64,000 nt of DNA from Nitrospiraceae bacterium (GCA_050246315.1 JBFWWG010000001.1:352001-416000); one strand, 5' to 3'. Shown: positions 38,142-48,641, counted from the first letter of the stretch. Notes: generated by a model from the sequence alone, not told the origin. Translations and numbers: made by a program.

Positions 38142-38549
38142 TCAGAAATTGGAAATAGTCAGGGCTTGACTGGCCGGGTAGTTCCCGTCTGGAAAGACTT
38201 CCTTGCGCACCTTGAAAAACTTGTCTCCGTAACGGGGGTCATTCATGGTCACGGTCATCAGAACGAGGTTCTTTTGAAGCGTGCCGCCGAGTTTACGGAG
38301 AGTCTGGTCCATCAACTTGAAGATCTGTCTCGCCTGCGCTTCGACATCCTCGGCGATCGAGTTACCCTGGTCATCCTTCAGAGCGAACTGCCCACCCATC
38401 CAGACGATGGTTCCGCCCTTGGTTAGCACCGCTGGCGAATAGTCGAACTGTTGACCGGTCTCGTCCTTGAGGTATTCCAGCGCCTGCACCGATGTCACGT
38501 GGCAGGTGGTCCACAAGAACCCGATGATGATGCCGCTCCATTTCTTCAT
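38142..38549 (-). CDS. RidA/YjgF-family protein with signal peptide, apparently C-terminally truncated
   Basis: YSPAV..GGQ..QARQIF..R..F..YPAS; lacks the terminal strand. Confidence 0.65.
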   Translation of the reverse strand: MKKWSGIIIGFLWTTCHVTSVQALEYLKDETGQQFDYSPAVLTKGGTIVWMGGQFALKDDQGNSIAEDVEAQARQIFKLMDQTLRKLGGTLQKNLVLMTVTMNDPRYGDKFFKVRKEVFPDGNYPASQALTISNF

Positions 38550-38596
38550 CTGTATTGTTCTCCCTCCTCAACGGTCGTCGCGGCCGGCGACGACTC

Positions 38597-39367
38597 TTAC
38601 TGCACCGTTTGACCGCCATCGACGACCAAGGCGTGACCCACGGTGAAGGCGGCCAAGTCCGAGCACAGCCAGATGACGGCGGCGGCGATCTCCTCCGGCT
38701 TGCCCATGCGTCCGACCGGCTCCTCCGCGATCACCTTCGCCCGTCCTTCGGGCGTGTCCCCGGTGTAGCGCCCCATCATCGGGGTGTCGATGTAACCGGG
38801 GCAGACGGCGTTGACACGGAGGTTCCGCGCAGCGTAGTCGAGGGCCGCCGCCCGGGTGAGGCCGATCACGCCATGCTTCGCGGCGGTGTACGCGGGGCTG
38901 CCCTTGATCCCGACGACCCCGGCGCCCGAGGAGGTGTTCACAATCGCGCCGCCGCCCTGCTTGAGCATCAACGGAATCTCGTGCTTCATGCACAAGAACA
39001 CACCGCGAAGGTTGATGTCGATGATCTGATTCCACTCCTCCTCGTCGTAGTCCGCGGTCGGAGCCGGCTTCCTCGGCTCGATGCCCGCGTTGTTGAAGGC
39101 GAAGTCGAGCCGCCCGAACGCCTCGATCGTCTTGTCCAGAGTCGCCTTCACGTCCTCGGCTCGCGTCACGTCGCATGTGGCGGCAAGCGCCCGTCCGCCC
39201 TGTTCTTGGATCAGGCGAGCTGTCTCTTGGTTGCCCTGCTCGGACACGTCGGCAACCGCCACGCTGGCGCCCTCGCGGGCGAACGCCAGCGCAGCCGCGC
39301 GGCCGATGCCGCTCGCGGCGCCGGTCACGAACGCGACCTTTCCTGTGAAGCTCCCGTTCGCCGTCAT
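38597..39367 (-). CDS. Short-chain dehydrogenase/reductase
   Basis: TGAASGIG, NNAG, YTAAKHG. Confidence 0.92.
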   Translation of the reverse strand: MTANGSFTGKVAFVTGAASGIGRAAALAFAREGASVAVADVSEQGNQETARLIQEQGGRALAATCDVTRAEDVKATLDKTIEAFGRLDFAFNNAGIEPRKPAPTADYDEEEWNQIIDINLRGVFLCMKHEIPLMLKQGGGAIVNTSSGAGVVGIKGSPAYTAAKHGVIGLTRAAALDYAARNLRVNAVCPGYIDTPMMGRYTGDTPEGRAKVIAEEPVGRMGKPEEIAAAVIWLCSDLAAFTVGHALVVDGGQTVQ

Positions 39368-39399
39368 TTCTTGCTCCTTTTCATGTTGCCCGTCCATTG

Positions 39400-39685
39400 C
39401 CCACATTATTCATGATGGTTTGTGACGAAACCGCCAAGACGCCAGGCATTGGACCCGTTGCATGGCGCAACCCGCAACGGGTCCCCCGGCAACGGGTGCC
39501 GCCACGCGGAGCGCCGAGGGACCGAAGCATACTCGAAACCGTATGTTGAAGCCACGAGGGGCGAGCCTGTCCGCTTGGAAGCCGAGAACTCGCTGCCAGG
39601 CTCGTCGCAGCCGGGATACCTGTTGCTCCTAGTCAGCAACGAGTCGCACGGCGGTTGCAGGAGAAGCCATCATGAATAATGTGGG
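39400..39685. mobile_element. MITE-like element, copy F (complete)
   Basis: Perfect TIR CCCACATTATTCATGATGG / CCATCATGAATAATGTGGG. Confidence 0.82.
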
Positions 39686-39716
39686 CGAAACCATCTGGAC
39701 CCGCTTTCTGTCCCGC

Positions 39717-41834
39717 TCACCGATTCCCCACTCTCGGTGCGTGGGCCCCCGCACGGGCCACCTGAGCCTTGGCGGCAGCCATGATCTCTTCGGGCGTAAA
39801 TCCGAATTTGCGCTGCAATTCCTTCAACGGCGCCGAGGCGCCGAAGGTTCTCATGCCGATGACGGCGCCCTCGCGTCCCGTATACTGCGTCCAGCCGAAC
39901 GTCGAGGCCTGTTCCACGGCGACACGCGCCGTGACATTCGGCGGGAGCACACTATCGCGGTACTCTTGGCTTTGTCGCTCGAACAGCTCCCAGGACGGCA
40001 TGCTCACCACGCGGGCCTTGACCCCGTCGGTGTTTAATCGGTCGGCGGCCACGAGACACAGCGAGACCTCGCTCCCGCTGGCCAACAGCAACACATCCGG
40101 AGTTCCCCCAGTATCGGCAAGCACATAGGCCCCCTTGGCCAGGCCCGAGGCTGGGGCGTATTTCGCGCGATCCAACGTCGGCAAGGCCTGTCGCGACAGG
40201 ACCAACAGCGCCGGCTCATGTCGCAATTGCATGATGAGCCGCCAGGCTTCCACCACTTCGTTCGCATCCGCCGGTCGGAGCACGATGAGGTTGGGCACGG
40301 CCCGAAGCGACGCGAGCTGTTCGACCGGTTGATGGGTCGGACCGTCTTCGCCGAGCCCGATCGAATCATGGGTAAAGATGTAAATGACCGGAATCTCCAT
40401 GAGGGCGGAGAGGCGGATCGCAGGCCTGGCGTAATCGCTGAAGATCAGGAAGCTGGACCCGTACGGTCGCACCTTGGACAGCGAGAGTCCGTTGAGCACA
40501 GCGCTCATGGCATGCTCGCGAATGCCGAAATGGAAATTCCGGCCTTGGTAGGACTCCGCCTTGAAATCCCCGGCCCCGTCGAGTGTCAGCCTGGTTTTGG
40601 TCGAGGGAGCCAGATCCGCCGAACCGCCGATCAACCAGGGCACATGCTTGCCGATGACGTTCAGCACCTTGCCTGAGGAATCGCGCGAGGCCATGCCCTT
40701 CGCATCCGCGGGAAACACCGGCAAGGCCTTATCCCATCCGTCCGGCAGACGACGATGCTGCATCCGATCGAGCTGATCGGCAAGATCCGGATACGCGCGC
40801 TTGTAGCCGACAAACAGCGCCATCCAGGCTTCGCGCGCCTCATGCCCGCGCTGTCCCATCACCGCCTGAAAATGCTCGCGGACTCCTTCCGGCACCAGAA
40901 ACTTGGCGTCCTCCGGCCAGCCATAGTTGCGCTTGGTCAGCTTGATCTCTTCTTCTCCCAACGGCTCGCCGTGCGCCGCATGCGTGTCCTGCTTATTGGG
41001 CGAGCCGTAGGCAATGTGGCTGTCCACGATGATCAGCGTCGGCCGGTCGCCGGTGCTCTGGAACGTGTGGAACGCACGTTCCAGCATCTCCAGATCGTTC
41101 GCGTCGCCAACCCGCGTGACGTTCCACCCATACCCAATGAAGCGCGTGGCGACATCCTCGCTGAAGGCCCAGTCGGTGTGGCCTTCGATCGTGATCTTAT
41201 TGTTGTCGTAGATCCAACAAAGGTTGGCAAGCTTCAGATGGCAGGCCAACGAGGCGGCTTCTCCCGACACGCCTTCCATCAAGCAGCCGTCGCCGCAGAG
41301 GGCGTACACGTCGTACCCGAACATGGGGAAGTCCGGACGGTTGAAATACTCCGCCATCCACCGGCTCGCGATCGCCATCCCGACGCTGGTCGCGACACCT
41401 TGACCCAACGGCCCTGTCGTGGTCTCCACGCCGGAGGTCCAGCGGTACTCAGGATGGCCGGCGCACTTGCTGTCGAGCTGACGAAATTGTTTGATGTCGT
41501 CGAGCGTGACCGAGAGCCGCCCGAGCGTTTCGTACTGGGGGTTGACCGCTTTGACGCCGCAGAGATGCAACAATGAGTAGAGCAACATCGAAGCATGGCC
41601 GTTGGAGAGCACGAACCGGTCGCGGTTGGGCCAGATCGGATCGCCCGGGTCGAACCGCAAAAACTTTTGCCACAGACAGTAGGCCACCGGCGCCAGCGCC
41701 ATCGGCGTGCCGGGGTGGCCGGAGTTGGCGGCCTGCACGGCATCCATCGAAAGGGTGCGGATGGTATTGATGCAGACCATATCCAGGGACTGTGCGGGCT
41801 GCGACTGGGTCGTGACTGGCTTGTCCTGTTGCAT
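39717..41834 (-). CDS. tkt: Transketolase
   Basis: SGHPG, RDRFVLSNGH, TTGPLGQG, GDGCLMEG, THDSIGLGEDGPTHQP. Confidence 0.97.
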   Translation of the reverse strand: MQQDKPVTTQSQPAQSLDMVCINTIRTLSMDAVQAANSGHPGTPMALAPVAYCLWQKFLRFDPGDPIWPNRDRFVLSNGHASMLLYSLLHLCGVKAVNPQYETLGRLSVTLDDIKQFRQLDSKCAGHPEYRWTSGVETTTGPLGQGVATSVGMAIASRWMAEYFNRPDFPMFGYDVYALCGDGCLMEGVSGEAASLACHLKLANLCWIYDNNKITIEGHTDWAFSEDVATRFIGYGWNVTRVGDANDLEMLERAFHTFQSTGDRPTLIIVDSHIAYGSPNKQDTHAAHGEPLGEEEIKLTKRNYGWPEDAKFLVPEGVREHFQAVMGQRGHEAREAWMALFVGYKRAYPDLADQLDRMQHRRLPDGWDKALPVFPADAKGMASRDSSGKVLNVIGKHVPWLIGGSADLAPSTKTRLTLDGAGDFKAESYQGRNFHFGIREHAMSAVLNGLSLSKVRPYGSSFLIFSDYARPAIRLSALMEIPVIYIFTHDSIGLGEDGPTHQPVEQLASLRAVPNLIVLRPADANEVVEAWRLIMQLRHEPALLVLSRQALPTLDRAKYAPASGLAKGAYVLADTGGTPDVLLLASGSEVSLCLVAADRLNTDGVKARVVSMPSWELFERQSQEYRDSVLPPNVTARVAVEQASTFGWTQYTGREGAVIGMRTFGASAPLKELQRKFGFTPEEIMAAAKAQVARAGAHAPRVGNR

Positions 41835-41902
41835 TGCGGCCTCCAATGATACCTTCGTCCATTCTCACTCCGAACGCCCGATCCGATCTGATGGATGCGC
41901 GT

Positions 41903-42667
41903 TCACCCTCTCCGCTCCACCCCCGTCTCGGTTCGCTGTACCACGCAGGAAGGGCGCTCGTCTCCCCAAGCTTCTTCCCACAGGCGAAACCCGCCGGTGA
42001 ACGCATGTGCGTTGTCGCCCAATCGCGCCCATTCAGGCAACTTCGTGAGCCGTTTCGCGTTGCCGCCGCCGAGCACGACATAGTCGGCTTGAAGGGCCTC
42101 GTGAAGCGCCGCCACCACATCGTCGACATACCGGCGCCATTTCTTCTTCCCGTACCGCTTGAGTCCGCGCAGGCCGACGTAGTCCTCATAGGTGCGGCCT
42201 TTCCGATACCGGAGATGCGCCAGCTCCATCGGGACCAGCACGCCGTGGGTGATCAGCGCAGACCCGAGGCCGGTGCCCAAACCTAAGAACAGCATGCGTC
42301 CGCCTTCGTAGCTCCCCAGCGCCTGCATCGCCGCGTCATTGATCACCTTGACCGGACAACCGAACGCCTTCTGGAAATCAAATCCCACCCATCCCGCGGC
42401 AAGGTTCTTGGGGTCCACAGCCGGACGACCGTTCGAGACGGCCCCGGGATAGCCGAGCGAAACAACATCATAAGGCCAGTCGGCGGCGAGGCGCTTGACC
42501 GTCGCCACCATGGTCTTGGCGGTCATGGCTCGACCGGACGGGATCTTCCGCAGCTCTCGTTTGCCGGTCGCGAGGATCTTGACGTTGGTGCCGCCTACAT
42601 CGATCACGAGCACCTTGAGGCGGTCAGGTGAACGGCCGCTGCCTTGTTTCATGCCATGTGCCTCCAT
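41903..42667 (-). CDS. ROK-family (polyphosphate) glucokinase
   Basis: IDVGGTNVK, INDAAMQALG, LGLGTGLGSA, ELAH, LGGGN. Confidence 0.85.
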   Translation of the reverse strand: MEAHGMKQGSGRSPDRLKVLVIDVGGTNVKILATGKRELRKIPSGRAMTAKTMVATVKRLAADWPYDVVSLGYPGAVSNGRPAVDPKNLAAGWVGFDFQKAFGCPVKVINDAAMQALGSYEGGRMLFLGLGTGLGSALITHGVLVPMELAHLRYRKGRTYEDYVGLRGLKRYGKKKWRRYVDDVVAALHEALQADYVVLGGGNAKRLTKLPEWARLGDNAHAFTGGFRLWEEAWGDERPSCVVQRTETGVERRG

Positions 42668-42728
42668 CCTCGACGATTGAACGGGCGGAGAGGGCAGGCT
42701 CCGCGATCGACCGATGACGTTCGCCGCA

Positions 42729-44921
42729 CTATCCAGCCTGTCTCGTTTCCACCTGCAACTCCCCCTTCAAGGCGAGCACCTCATAGCGGGTGGCGGTCTC
42801 TTCCCGCCAAAAGCGAAGATCGATCGTCGCATGGCCGACCCGGAGCTGGCGGACCGTGAGATCCGGAAGCCAGGGCGGCAACAGGGGATCGACGTACAGT
42901 GTGTGCTTGTGCGCCTCGGCATCTAATCCCAAAATAGCACGCAGAAAGTGAAACACGCTGCCCGCCGCCCAGGCCTGCGGCACATTGGCCCCCAGATATT
43001 GCACCGGGAACGTCCCCGGCCCCCGTTCGATTCCGGCATAGAGCTCCGGCAGGCGGTTGAATAGAAAGTACCGTCCGGCCTCGCTGATATCGCGGGCGAT
43101 CAGGGCTGCGACGTCCGCAAACCCATAGCGCTTGCATCCCATCGCGATGATGCCGTTGTCGTGCGGCCAGACAGACCCGTTTTGGTAGGAAAAGGGATTG
43201 TAGGCGAGGTTGTTCTCGGACAACGTCCTGATGCCCCAACCGCTCCACATGTCCGGTTCCCGCAACCGCCGCACGACCCGTTCGGCGCGGTCCGGACTGA
43301 TGATGCGGCTCCACAGGAGATGGCCGGCATTGGAGGCGATCGTCTTGACCGGCTGCTTGTCCCCATCCAAGGCATAGGCATAGTAGCCGAGATCCTCGCA
43401 CCAAAACCGTTCTTCGAAGCGCTGTTGTAGGTCCGCCGCTTCTTGCCGGAGTCGCGCCGCCCACGCGCGATCGCCGAAATGCTCCGCCACCTCCGCAGCC
43501 CGACGCTTCGCGTCGAAGACGTACCCTTGCAGTTCGCAGAGCGCCTTCGGCCCCTTCACGAGCGAGCCATCCGGGTAGACGACCGCCTCGCCCGCGTCCT
43601 TCCATCCCATATTCTCGTAGCCCTTCTCGGAGCGAGTCTGGTACTCCTGAAAGCCGTCTCCGTCACGATCGCCGTATTGGTCGATCCACCGTAGGCATCG
43701 TTTGACGACCGGCTCGTAACGAGCGAAGAGCGCCTCGTCGCCCAACCATTTCCAGGCTTCGTGCCAGGCGATAATATAGAGGATGGTCGCATCGGCGGTT
43801 CCGTAGTAGGGAGTATGGGGAATGCGTTTGAAATGCGCCAACTCGCCGACCCGCAGCTCGTGGGGTATCTTGCCCGGTTCCGCATCCCGGTCGGCGTCCA
43901 GCTCGGTCGCTTGAAGCTCGGCCAATCGCTTGAGTGTCCCGCGCGCAAAATCCGGATAGACCGTCATGTTCTGCAAGCTGACGATCAGGCTGTCGCGCCC
44001 GAAGACACTGACAAACCAGGGGACCCCGGCGGCCGCCAGCAGCTCATCCGGGTGCTCCTCGTTGGCGGGAAGACGGAGGGCCGCCATGTCTTCAACCGAT
44101 TGCCGGTAGAGCCGATAAAATTCCTCGTTCGAGGTGGTGACCTGCGTGGTGACCTGCTTCCAGCCCGTCAAGATATGGGCGGCGCTGGAGTCTTCATGGG
44201 CCTGGACACATTCACCGGGGGCCCGCCGGAGGAGATCGCCTTCCTGAAGGTCGTATTTACAGCACAGATGCCAGGTCGCCCCCGGCTCAAGATCGACCGA
44301 CAGGTTGATCCGGCCGTTGCCGTACAGTGCGGTTGAATCGCACTGCTCCAACGACACCACCAGCGCCCTCCGAAAGTCCTCGTGAACATACCGGCTGATC
44401 AATCGTTGGGCGTCGCCCTCCCACTCGGTTTGAATCTGGCCTCTGCGCGTCAGCGCTTTGGCTCTGACTTCAAAGATGTCGGCGAAGTCGTTACGAATCA
44501 AGAGCGCCAGATTGAAGCGGGCTCGTTTGGCACTATAGTTTCGGATGTCGATATCCTCATGCAGCGCCTCTCCGATCGTGCGGCCCAGCACGAGTCCCAA
44601 GGTTCCGGCCGCAATGGTCCCCTCTTCCGTGAGGACCTGGGGGTTCACCAGGTAGGTGCGCGAGGCGTAATAGGCGACGGCCCCCGAATTCAACAGGGTC
44701 CAAGGCTCACCCTCGATAAAGAGCTGGTAGCGGCTGAGGAATCGCGTGTCCCGAGCATAGAGGCCCTGGTCGGACTTGTCCGTGATGGAGCCGTCAAATT
44801 CGGACACGAGAAAGGTGTGTCCATGGTTGATGGTCGTGACGGGAGGACCGACCGTGACTTTCACAGCCACTCGCCCCACCTCTCCTTTTCCGTGGCCTGC
44901 TTCTCGTTCCATCAGCGACAC
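42729..44921 (-). CDS. Amylo-alpha-1,6-glucosidase (glycogen debranching enzyme)
   Basis: AGVPWF..FGRDS, EPGKIPHE, YYGTADAT, GWKD, YQNGSVWPHDN, LPEL, PQAWAA; start uncertain. Confidence 0.9.
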   Translation of the reverse strand: MSLMEREAGHGKGEVGRVAVKVTVGPPVTTINHGHTFLVSEFDGSITDKSDQGLYARDTRFLSRYQLFIEGEPWTLLNSGAVAYYASRTYLVNPQVLTEEGTIAAGTLGLVLGRTIGEALHEDIDIRNYSAKRARFNLALLIRNDFADIFEVRAKALTRRGQIQTEWEGDAQRLISRYVHEDFRRALVVSLEQCDSTALYGNGRINLSVDLEPGATWHLCCKYDLQEGDLLRRAPGECVQAHEDSSAAHILTGWKQVTTQVTTSNEEFYRLYRQSVEDMAALRLPANEEHPDELLAAAGVPWFVSVFGRDSLIVSLQNMTVYPDFARGTLKRLAELQATELDADRDAEPGKIPHELRVGELAHFKRIPHTPYYGTADATILYIIAWHEAWKWLGDEALFARYEPVVKRCLRWIDQYGDRDGDGFQEYQTRSEKGYENMGWKDAGEAVVYPDGSLVKGPKALCELQGYVFDAKRRAAEVAEHFGDRAWAARLRQEAADLQQRFEERFWCEDLGYYAYALDGDKQPVKTIASNAGHLLWSRIISPDRAERVVRRLREPDMWSGWGIRTLSENNLAYNPFSYQNGSVWPHDNGIIAMGCKRYGFADVAALIARDISEAGRYFLFNRLPELYAGIERGPGTFPVQYLGANVPQAWAAGSVFHFLRAILGLDAEAHKHTLYVDPLLPPWLPDLTVRQLRVGHATIDLRFWREETATRYEVLALKGELQVETRQAG

Positions 44922-44979
44922 TGTTATCTCGCAAGCCGGCCGACGGTTGAAACGCGCCCTCCTCGTGCGCGCCGGTGAC

Positions 44980-45552
44980 TCACCTTACATCGGGACGTGG
45001 GTCCGGAATGAAGCCGTTCCGGTTCGGCATGCGGATCTCCGGGAGCGTGCGCGCGTCGATCACCATCTCCTCGGCAATGATGCCGTTCTGATGGAGAAGC
45101 CAGGCGACCACCGAGTACACCTCGTCCGCAGAGAGAGACTGGGGCGCGTTAAACGGCATGGCCCGTCTGATGTAATCGTACAGGGTCGTCGCGTAGGGCC
45201 AGTAGCTCCCGATGGTCTTGACCGGATTAGCGGAGGCGAGCGTCTCGCGCCCTCCGACCAACCGATCCTGCGGACCTTCCTTGCCGGTCGCACCATGGCA
45301 GGCGGCGCACTTGGCCGCGTAGACCAACGCCCCCTGCTTCACCGTGCCCTGTCCCGGTGGTAAACCTGCGCCGGTGGGATCGACATCGATGTCTCGGGCT
45401 TGGATCTCTCTTTCCGACGCCGATTGCCCAAACCCAAAGGCTCCTCTCGGCTCTTCGGCGGACAAGCTCGACAGGATGCTCCCGAAGGCTGCGACGACCA
45501 GGAGGAAACCCGACGCCAGACGCCTACACGTGAGCGTTCGGGACCTTCCCAT
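44980..45552 (-). CDS. Monoheme cytochrome c (SorB/SoxD-like)
   Basis: DIDV.P.G.GLPPG.G, CAACHG, KTIGSYWPYATTLYDYIRRAMP, MPNRNGF. Confidence 0.88.
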   Translation of the reverse strand: MGRSRTLTCRRLASGFLLVVAAFGSILSSLSAEEPRGAFGFGQSASEREIQARDIDVDPTGAGLPPGQGTVKQGALVYAAKCAACHGATGKEGPQDRLVGGRETLASANPVKTIGSYWPYATTLYDYIRRAMPFNAPQSLSADEVYSVVAWLLHQNGIIAEEMVIDARTLPEIRMPNRNGFIPDPRPDVR

Positions 45553-45870
45553 GCCGTTCGACTTTCCACTTGTGAACGGCCTTGTTGTGATAGATCGAAC
45601 GGGTGTCACGTCCATGGATGAGGTCCTCCCACGACGGCTGGACAGACTCGGCTCGTCATGACATCGGTCCCGGAGAAGGGTCTCCCGTCCCTCCCAGCGC
45701 CGGCAGAACCGAAATCTGGCGTGACATGTCTGCAGGACCGACTCCTGAAGCCTTGCGTTCTGTCACGTTCGGCCGCCATCCACACCCGGCTCGACCGTCG
45801 TCACACGTCCTTGTCCGCTCCAGGCCAATCTGCGGATCTCGCGAAAACCGGGGTGCATCCGCTGCCACCG
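45524..45870 (-). pseudogene. C-terminal relic of sulfite dehydrogenase SorA/SoxC
   Basis: Manual translation PGFREIRRLAWSGQGRV..DGGRT*QNARLQE..RFRF..VQPS..RSIYHNKAVHKWKV. Confidence 0.75.
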
Positions 45871-45895
45871 GAGAAGGACGCTTCATGCAGCGACC

Positions 45896-46282
45896 TTACA
45901 CCTTTTGGCGGGCGGCATCCACACTCCAGATCCCGGAGCCTTGCGCCGAGATGTAGAGAAAGACAAAGCAGTAGAGTGCCGCGAGTTCGCCTCCATTTTC
46001 AATCGGAAACAGGCTGTGCGTACCATGGACCATCCAGTAGGCGAAGGCCATGAGCCCGCTGCACAGAAATGCGGCCCATCCGGCGAAGAATCCCACCATG
46101 ACCAGCAACCCGCCCACCAACTCAATCGGCCCGGCAATAGCGATGACGAACGGGGGCACGTTGGGCGCCACGCCGGGAAAGCCGAACAGCTTCTGGGTAC
46201 CGTGCCAGAGGAACATCAGGCCGGCCATGATGCGCAGCAACGCGTAGGCCTGCGGCTGAAATGATCGCATGAATGTCGGCAT
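45896..46282 (-). CDS. DoxX family protein
   Basis: LLRIMAG..HGTQKLFG, AAFLCSGLMAFAYW..H, NGGELA. Confidence 0.9.
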   Translation of the reverse strand: MPTFMRSFQPQAYALLRIMAGLMFLWHGTQKLFGFPGVAPNVPPFVIAIAGPIELVGGLLVMVGFFAGWAAFLCSGLMAFAYWMVHGTHSLFPIENGGELAALYCFVFLYISAQGSGIWSVDAARQKV

Positions 46283-46411
46283 GTCTCACCTCCGAATGTC
46301 AGTGGGGTGTGCTGGGAGGGTGACGCAGGTCGAGATCACCCGTTGTTCTTGACGGCCCGTGATTGAGGATCATCAACTGAAGCAGGACGATCCTCAAGGG
46401 GCAATCCTGAA

Positions 46412-46708
46412 TCAGTATTCAAACGCGACGCGATAGAGAGCCGGCGTCATTTCAACGCCCAACTGCCCTAACTTCGCCTTCATGGGTGTCACGCTCTTTT
46501 CGTACGCTTTCCAGTAGACATCCTCATTTTCCCAGATTGCGACGTTGATATAGTTGAACCTGGTGTCGGGCTTGATGCTTCTGTGAAACTTTCCGCTGAT
46601 AAACCCCGGCTGCCTGGTGATATTCTCTTTGACATCTTCCCACCACTTCACAAACTCATCTTCCTTGTCCTTCGGAACCGAGAACACGTTGATGAGGGTA
46701 ACGGGCAT
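46412..46708 (-). CDS. Antibiotic biosynthesis monooxygenase (ABM) family protein
   Basis: VTLINVF..QPGFISGKFHRS..YINVAIWE. Confidence 0.85.
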   Translation of the reverse strand: MPVTLINVFSVPKDKEDEFVKWWEDVKENITRQPGFISGKFHRSIKPDTRFNYINVAIWENEDVYWKAYEKSVTPMKAKLGQLGVEMTPALYRVAFEY

Positions 46709-46778
46709 GTCGGTGCTTCCTTACTCCGTTTTTCAGAATGGCGGCGGGAAGGCCGAGGCCTTCCCGCCGTTGTCGCCG

Positions 46779-47120
46779 TCACTGAACTTCGACCGTGATG
46801 CTATCGCTTGGTGCAAGATGGTCGTGGTCATGGGTCGCGGCCTGCACTTTGATTTCGTGCTTGCCCTTGCTCAGTCCCTTGAAGGTGCCGGGGAATTTCT
46901 TTTGGGGTTGGCCGTCGAGATAGACATGCGCATGCTCCGCTTTGGAGCCCTTGACGAGTTCATATTTCAGCTCAAACGTGTCACCAACCTTCGCCCCATC
47001 CTTTGGCGACGTGATTTGAATCTTCGACCCATCGTCTTCGTCGGCAAAGGCGGGCCCGGTTGAGATGCCCACGAACAGGGTGAATAGAGCAAGACCCGCC
47101 AGCAAAACTCCTCGCATCAT
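46779..47120 (-). CDS. Small secreted His-rich Ig-like protein
   Basis: Signal peptide; ITSPKDG, HAHVYLDG, GKHEI..HDHDH. Confidence 0.7.
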   Translation of the reverse strand: MMRGVLLAGLALFTLFVGISTGPAFADEDDGSKIQITSPKDGAKVGDTFELKYELVKGSKAEHAHVYLDGQPQKKFPGTFKGLSKGKHEIKVQAATHDHDHLAPSDSITVEVQ

Positions 47121-47455
47121 GATGACCTCCCTAGGTGACAGCCTGGAACAGCATGAACCAGACTTGTTGGTGAACTCTCCGACACTCTTCTGTTTGCCTC
47201 ATCGCATGAATCGTTCCAGTTGATCGCCACTGAAAAATCGCGGAGGTGCCCGTGAATCCAACCGTCCTTCCGACAGCGCCCGATCAGTGACGATTGGAGA
47301 TGCCGATATAGCGGCACACTGACGAAAAGCCGGCACGATGAGAGGAAGGGCCCTTGGCCTCTCGTAAAAGACTCCGATTCTTACGGTATAGAACGAAGCT
47401 CCGATGGATCAATGGCGAATTCCTTCTCAGGCTCGCCTGCCCGGTCAAGGTCGTG

Positions 47456-47902
47456 CTACAGACGCAAGGGCTTGATCGGCGAGACGACGGCCTCGGGATT
47501 ATTTTTCCAGATCGCTTCGTCTGCATCGACATAGAGCTCCACTTCGTTGCCGTCCGGGTCGCGCAGGTAGAGGCTCTGACTGACGGTATGGTCGCTCATG
47601 CCCTCGATGGAAATACCGGCTGCCTCCAACTCGCGCTTGGCCGAACGCAGCTCATCCAAACTGTCGCCGACCTTGATGCCGATATGGTAGAGGCCTCGGC
47701 GCCGGCCGGATGGCGGCCCCGGGGCGTCGCCGACCTGAATCAACAACAGCTCATGGTGCGTCCGTCCTGAAGTGAGCGCGGCGGCCTGCCCGTGAAAAAT
47801 AGTTCCCACTTCCTTGAAGCCAAGCAGATCTCGATAGAACCACAGCGACCGCTGGAGATCCTTGACATAGAAGACCACATGACCGAGGTAACGAGCTTTC
47901 AT
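47456..47902 (-). CDS. VOC (glyoxalase/extradiol dioxygenase) family protein
   Basis: LGHVVFYV, HHEL, GLYHIG, SLYLRDPDGNEVELY. Confidence 0.9.
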   Translation of the reverse strand: MKARYLGHVVFYVKDLQRSLWFYRDLLGFKEVGTIFHGQAAALTSGRTHHELLLIQVGDAPGPPSGRRRGLYHIGIKVGDSLDELRSAKRELEAAGISIEGMSDHTVSQSLYLRDPDGNEVELYVDADEAIWKNNPEAVVSPIKPLRL

Positions 47903-47931
47903 GCTGTTGCTCCTTCCGACACCCTGCACGA

Positions 47932-48606
47932 CTACCCGACCGGAATCAACGCCCCATTGATCTGGCCTGCTTCTTCAGAAGACAAGAAGACGAGCAGCCG
48001 GGCGATTGATTCCGGCTTCACCCACTGGGCCGGGTCGGCCTCCGGCATGGCGGTACGATTGGCCGGCGTGTCGATCGTGCTCGGCAGGATTCCGTTGACG
48101 GTGACGCCTGAGCCGGCCTGCTCCAAGGCCAGGGTCCGGATCAAGGCAGCCAGCCCCGCCTTTGACACGATATAGGCTGCCGCACCGGGGAAAGGTTCCG
48201 CGGCCGCTCGCGCGGCCATGTGGAGGATCCGTCCGGTCCCCCGCTCGACCATTTGCGGGATGACGGCCTTCGAGAGCAGAAAGGCCGCTGTCAGGTTCGT
48301 CGTCAACATTCGCTGCCAGAGGGCGACCTCCGTGTCGTCCGCACGTCCCGGAGCAAATCCACCCACAAGGTTGACCAGTACGTCGATGCGACCGACCTTC
48401 CGGATGACCTCGTCCACAAGGCGGCGGACATCGGCCTCATCCGTGACATTGACGCTCAGAGCCAGACGTCCGTCCGCATGTTTGGTAGACGGACTCCGGT
48501 CGCCGGTGACGACGCGGGCTCCCGCCGCCAGGAACGCCGGCACCACGCTCTGCCCCAACGCCCCGGACCCTCCGGCAATCAACACGACTTTCCCTTCCAC
48601 GCTCAT
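47932..48606 (-). CDS. Short-chain dehydrogenase/reductase
   Basis: GGSGALG, YIVSK, LPSTIDTPANR. Confidence 0.88.
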   Translation of the reverse strand: MSVEGKVVLIAGGSGALGQSVVPAFLAAGARVVTGDRSPSTKHADGRLALSVNVTDEADVRRLVDEVIRKVGRIDVLVNLVGGFAPGRADDTEVALWQRMLTTNLTAAFLLSKAVIPQMVERGTGRILHMAARAAAEPFPGAAAYIVSKAGLAALIRTLALEQAGSGVTVNGILPSTIDTPANRTAMPEADPAQWVKPESIARLLVFLSSEEAGQINGALIPVG

Positions 48607-48641
48607 CCGGCTCCTCCAAGGTACGCGAGGGTCAGAACCCC

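Noticed and set aside
46741..46769. GC hairpin as an intrinsic terminator
   Set aside because: Strong stem but no U-tract on the coding strand
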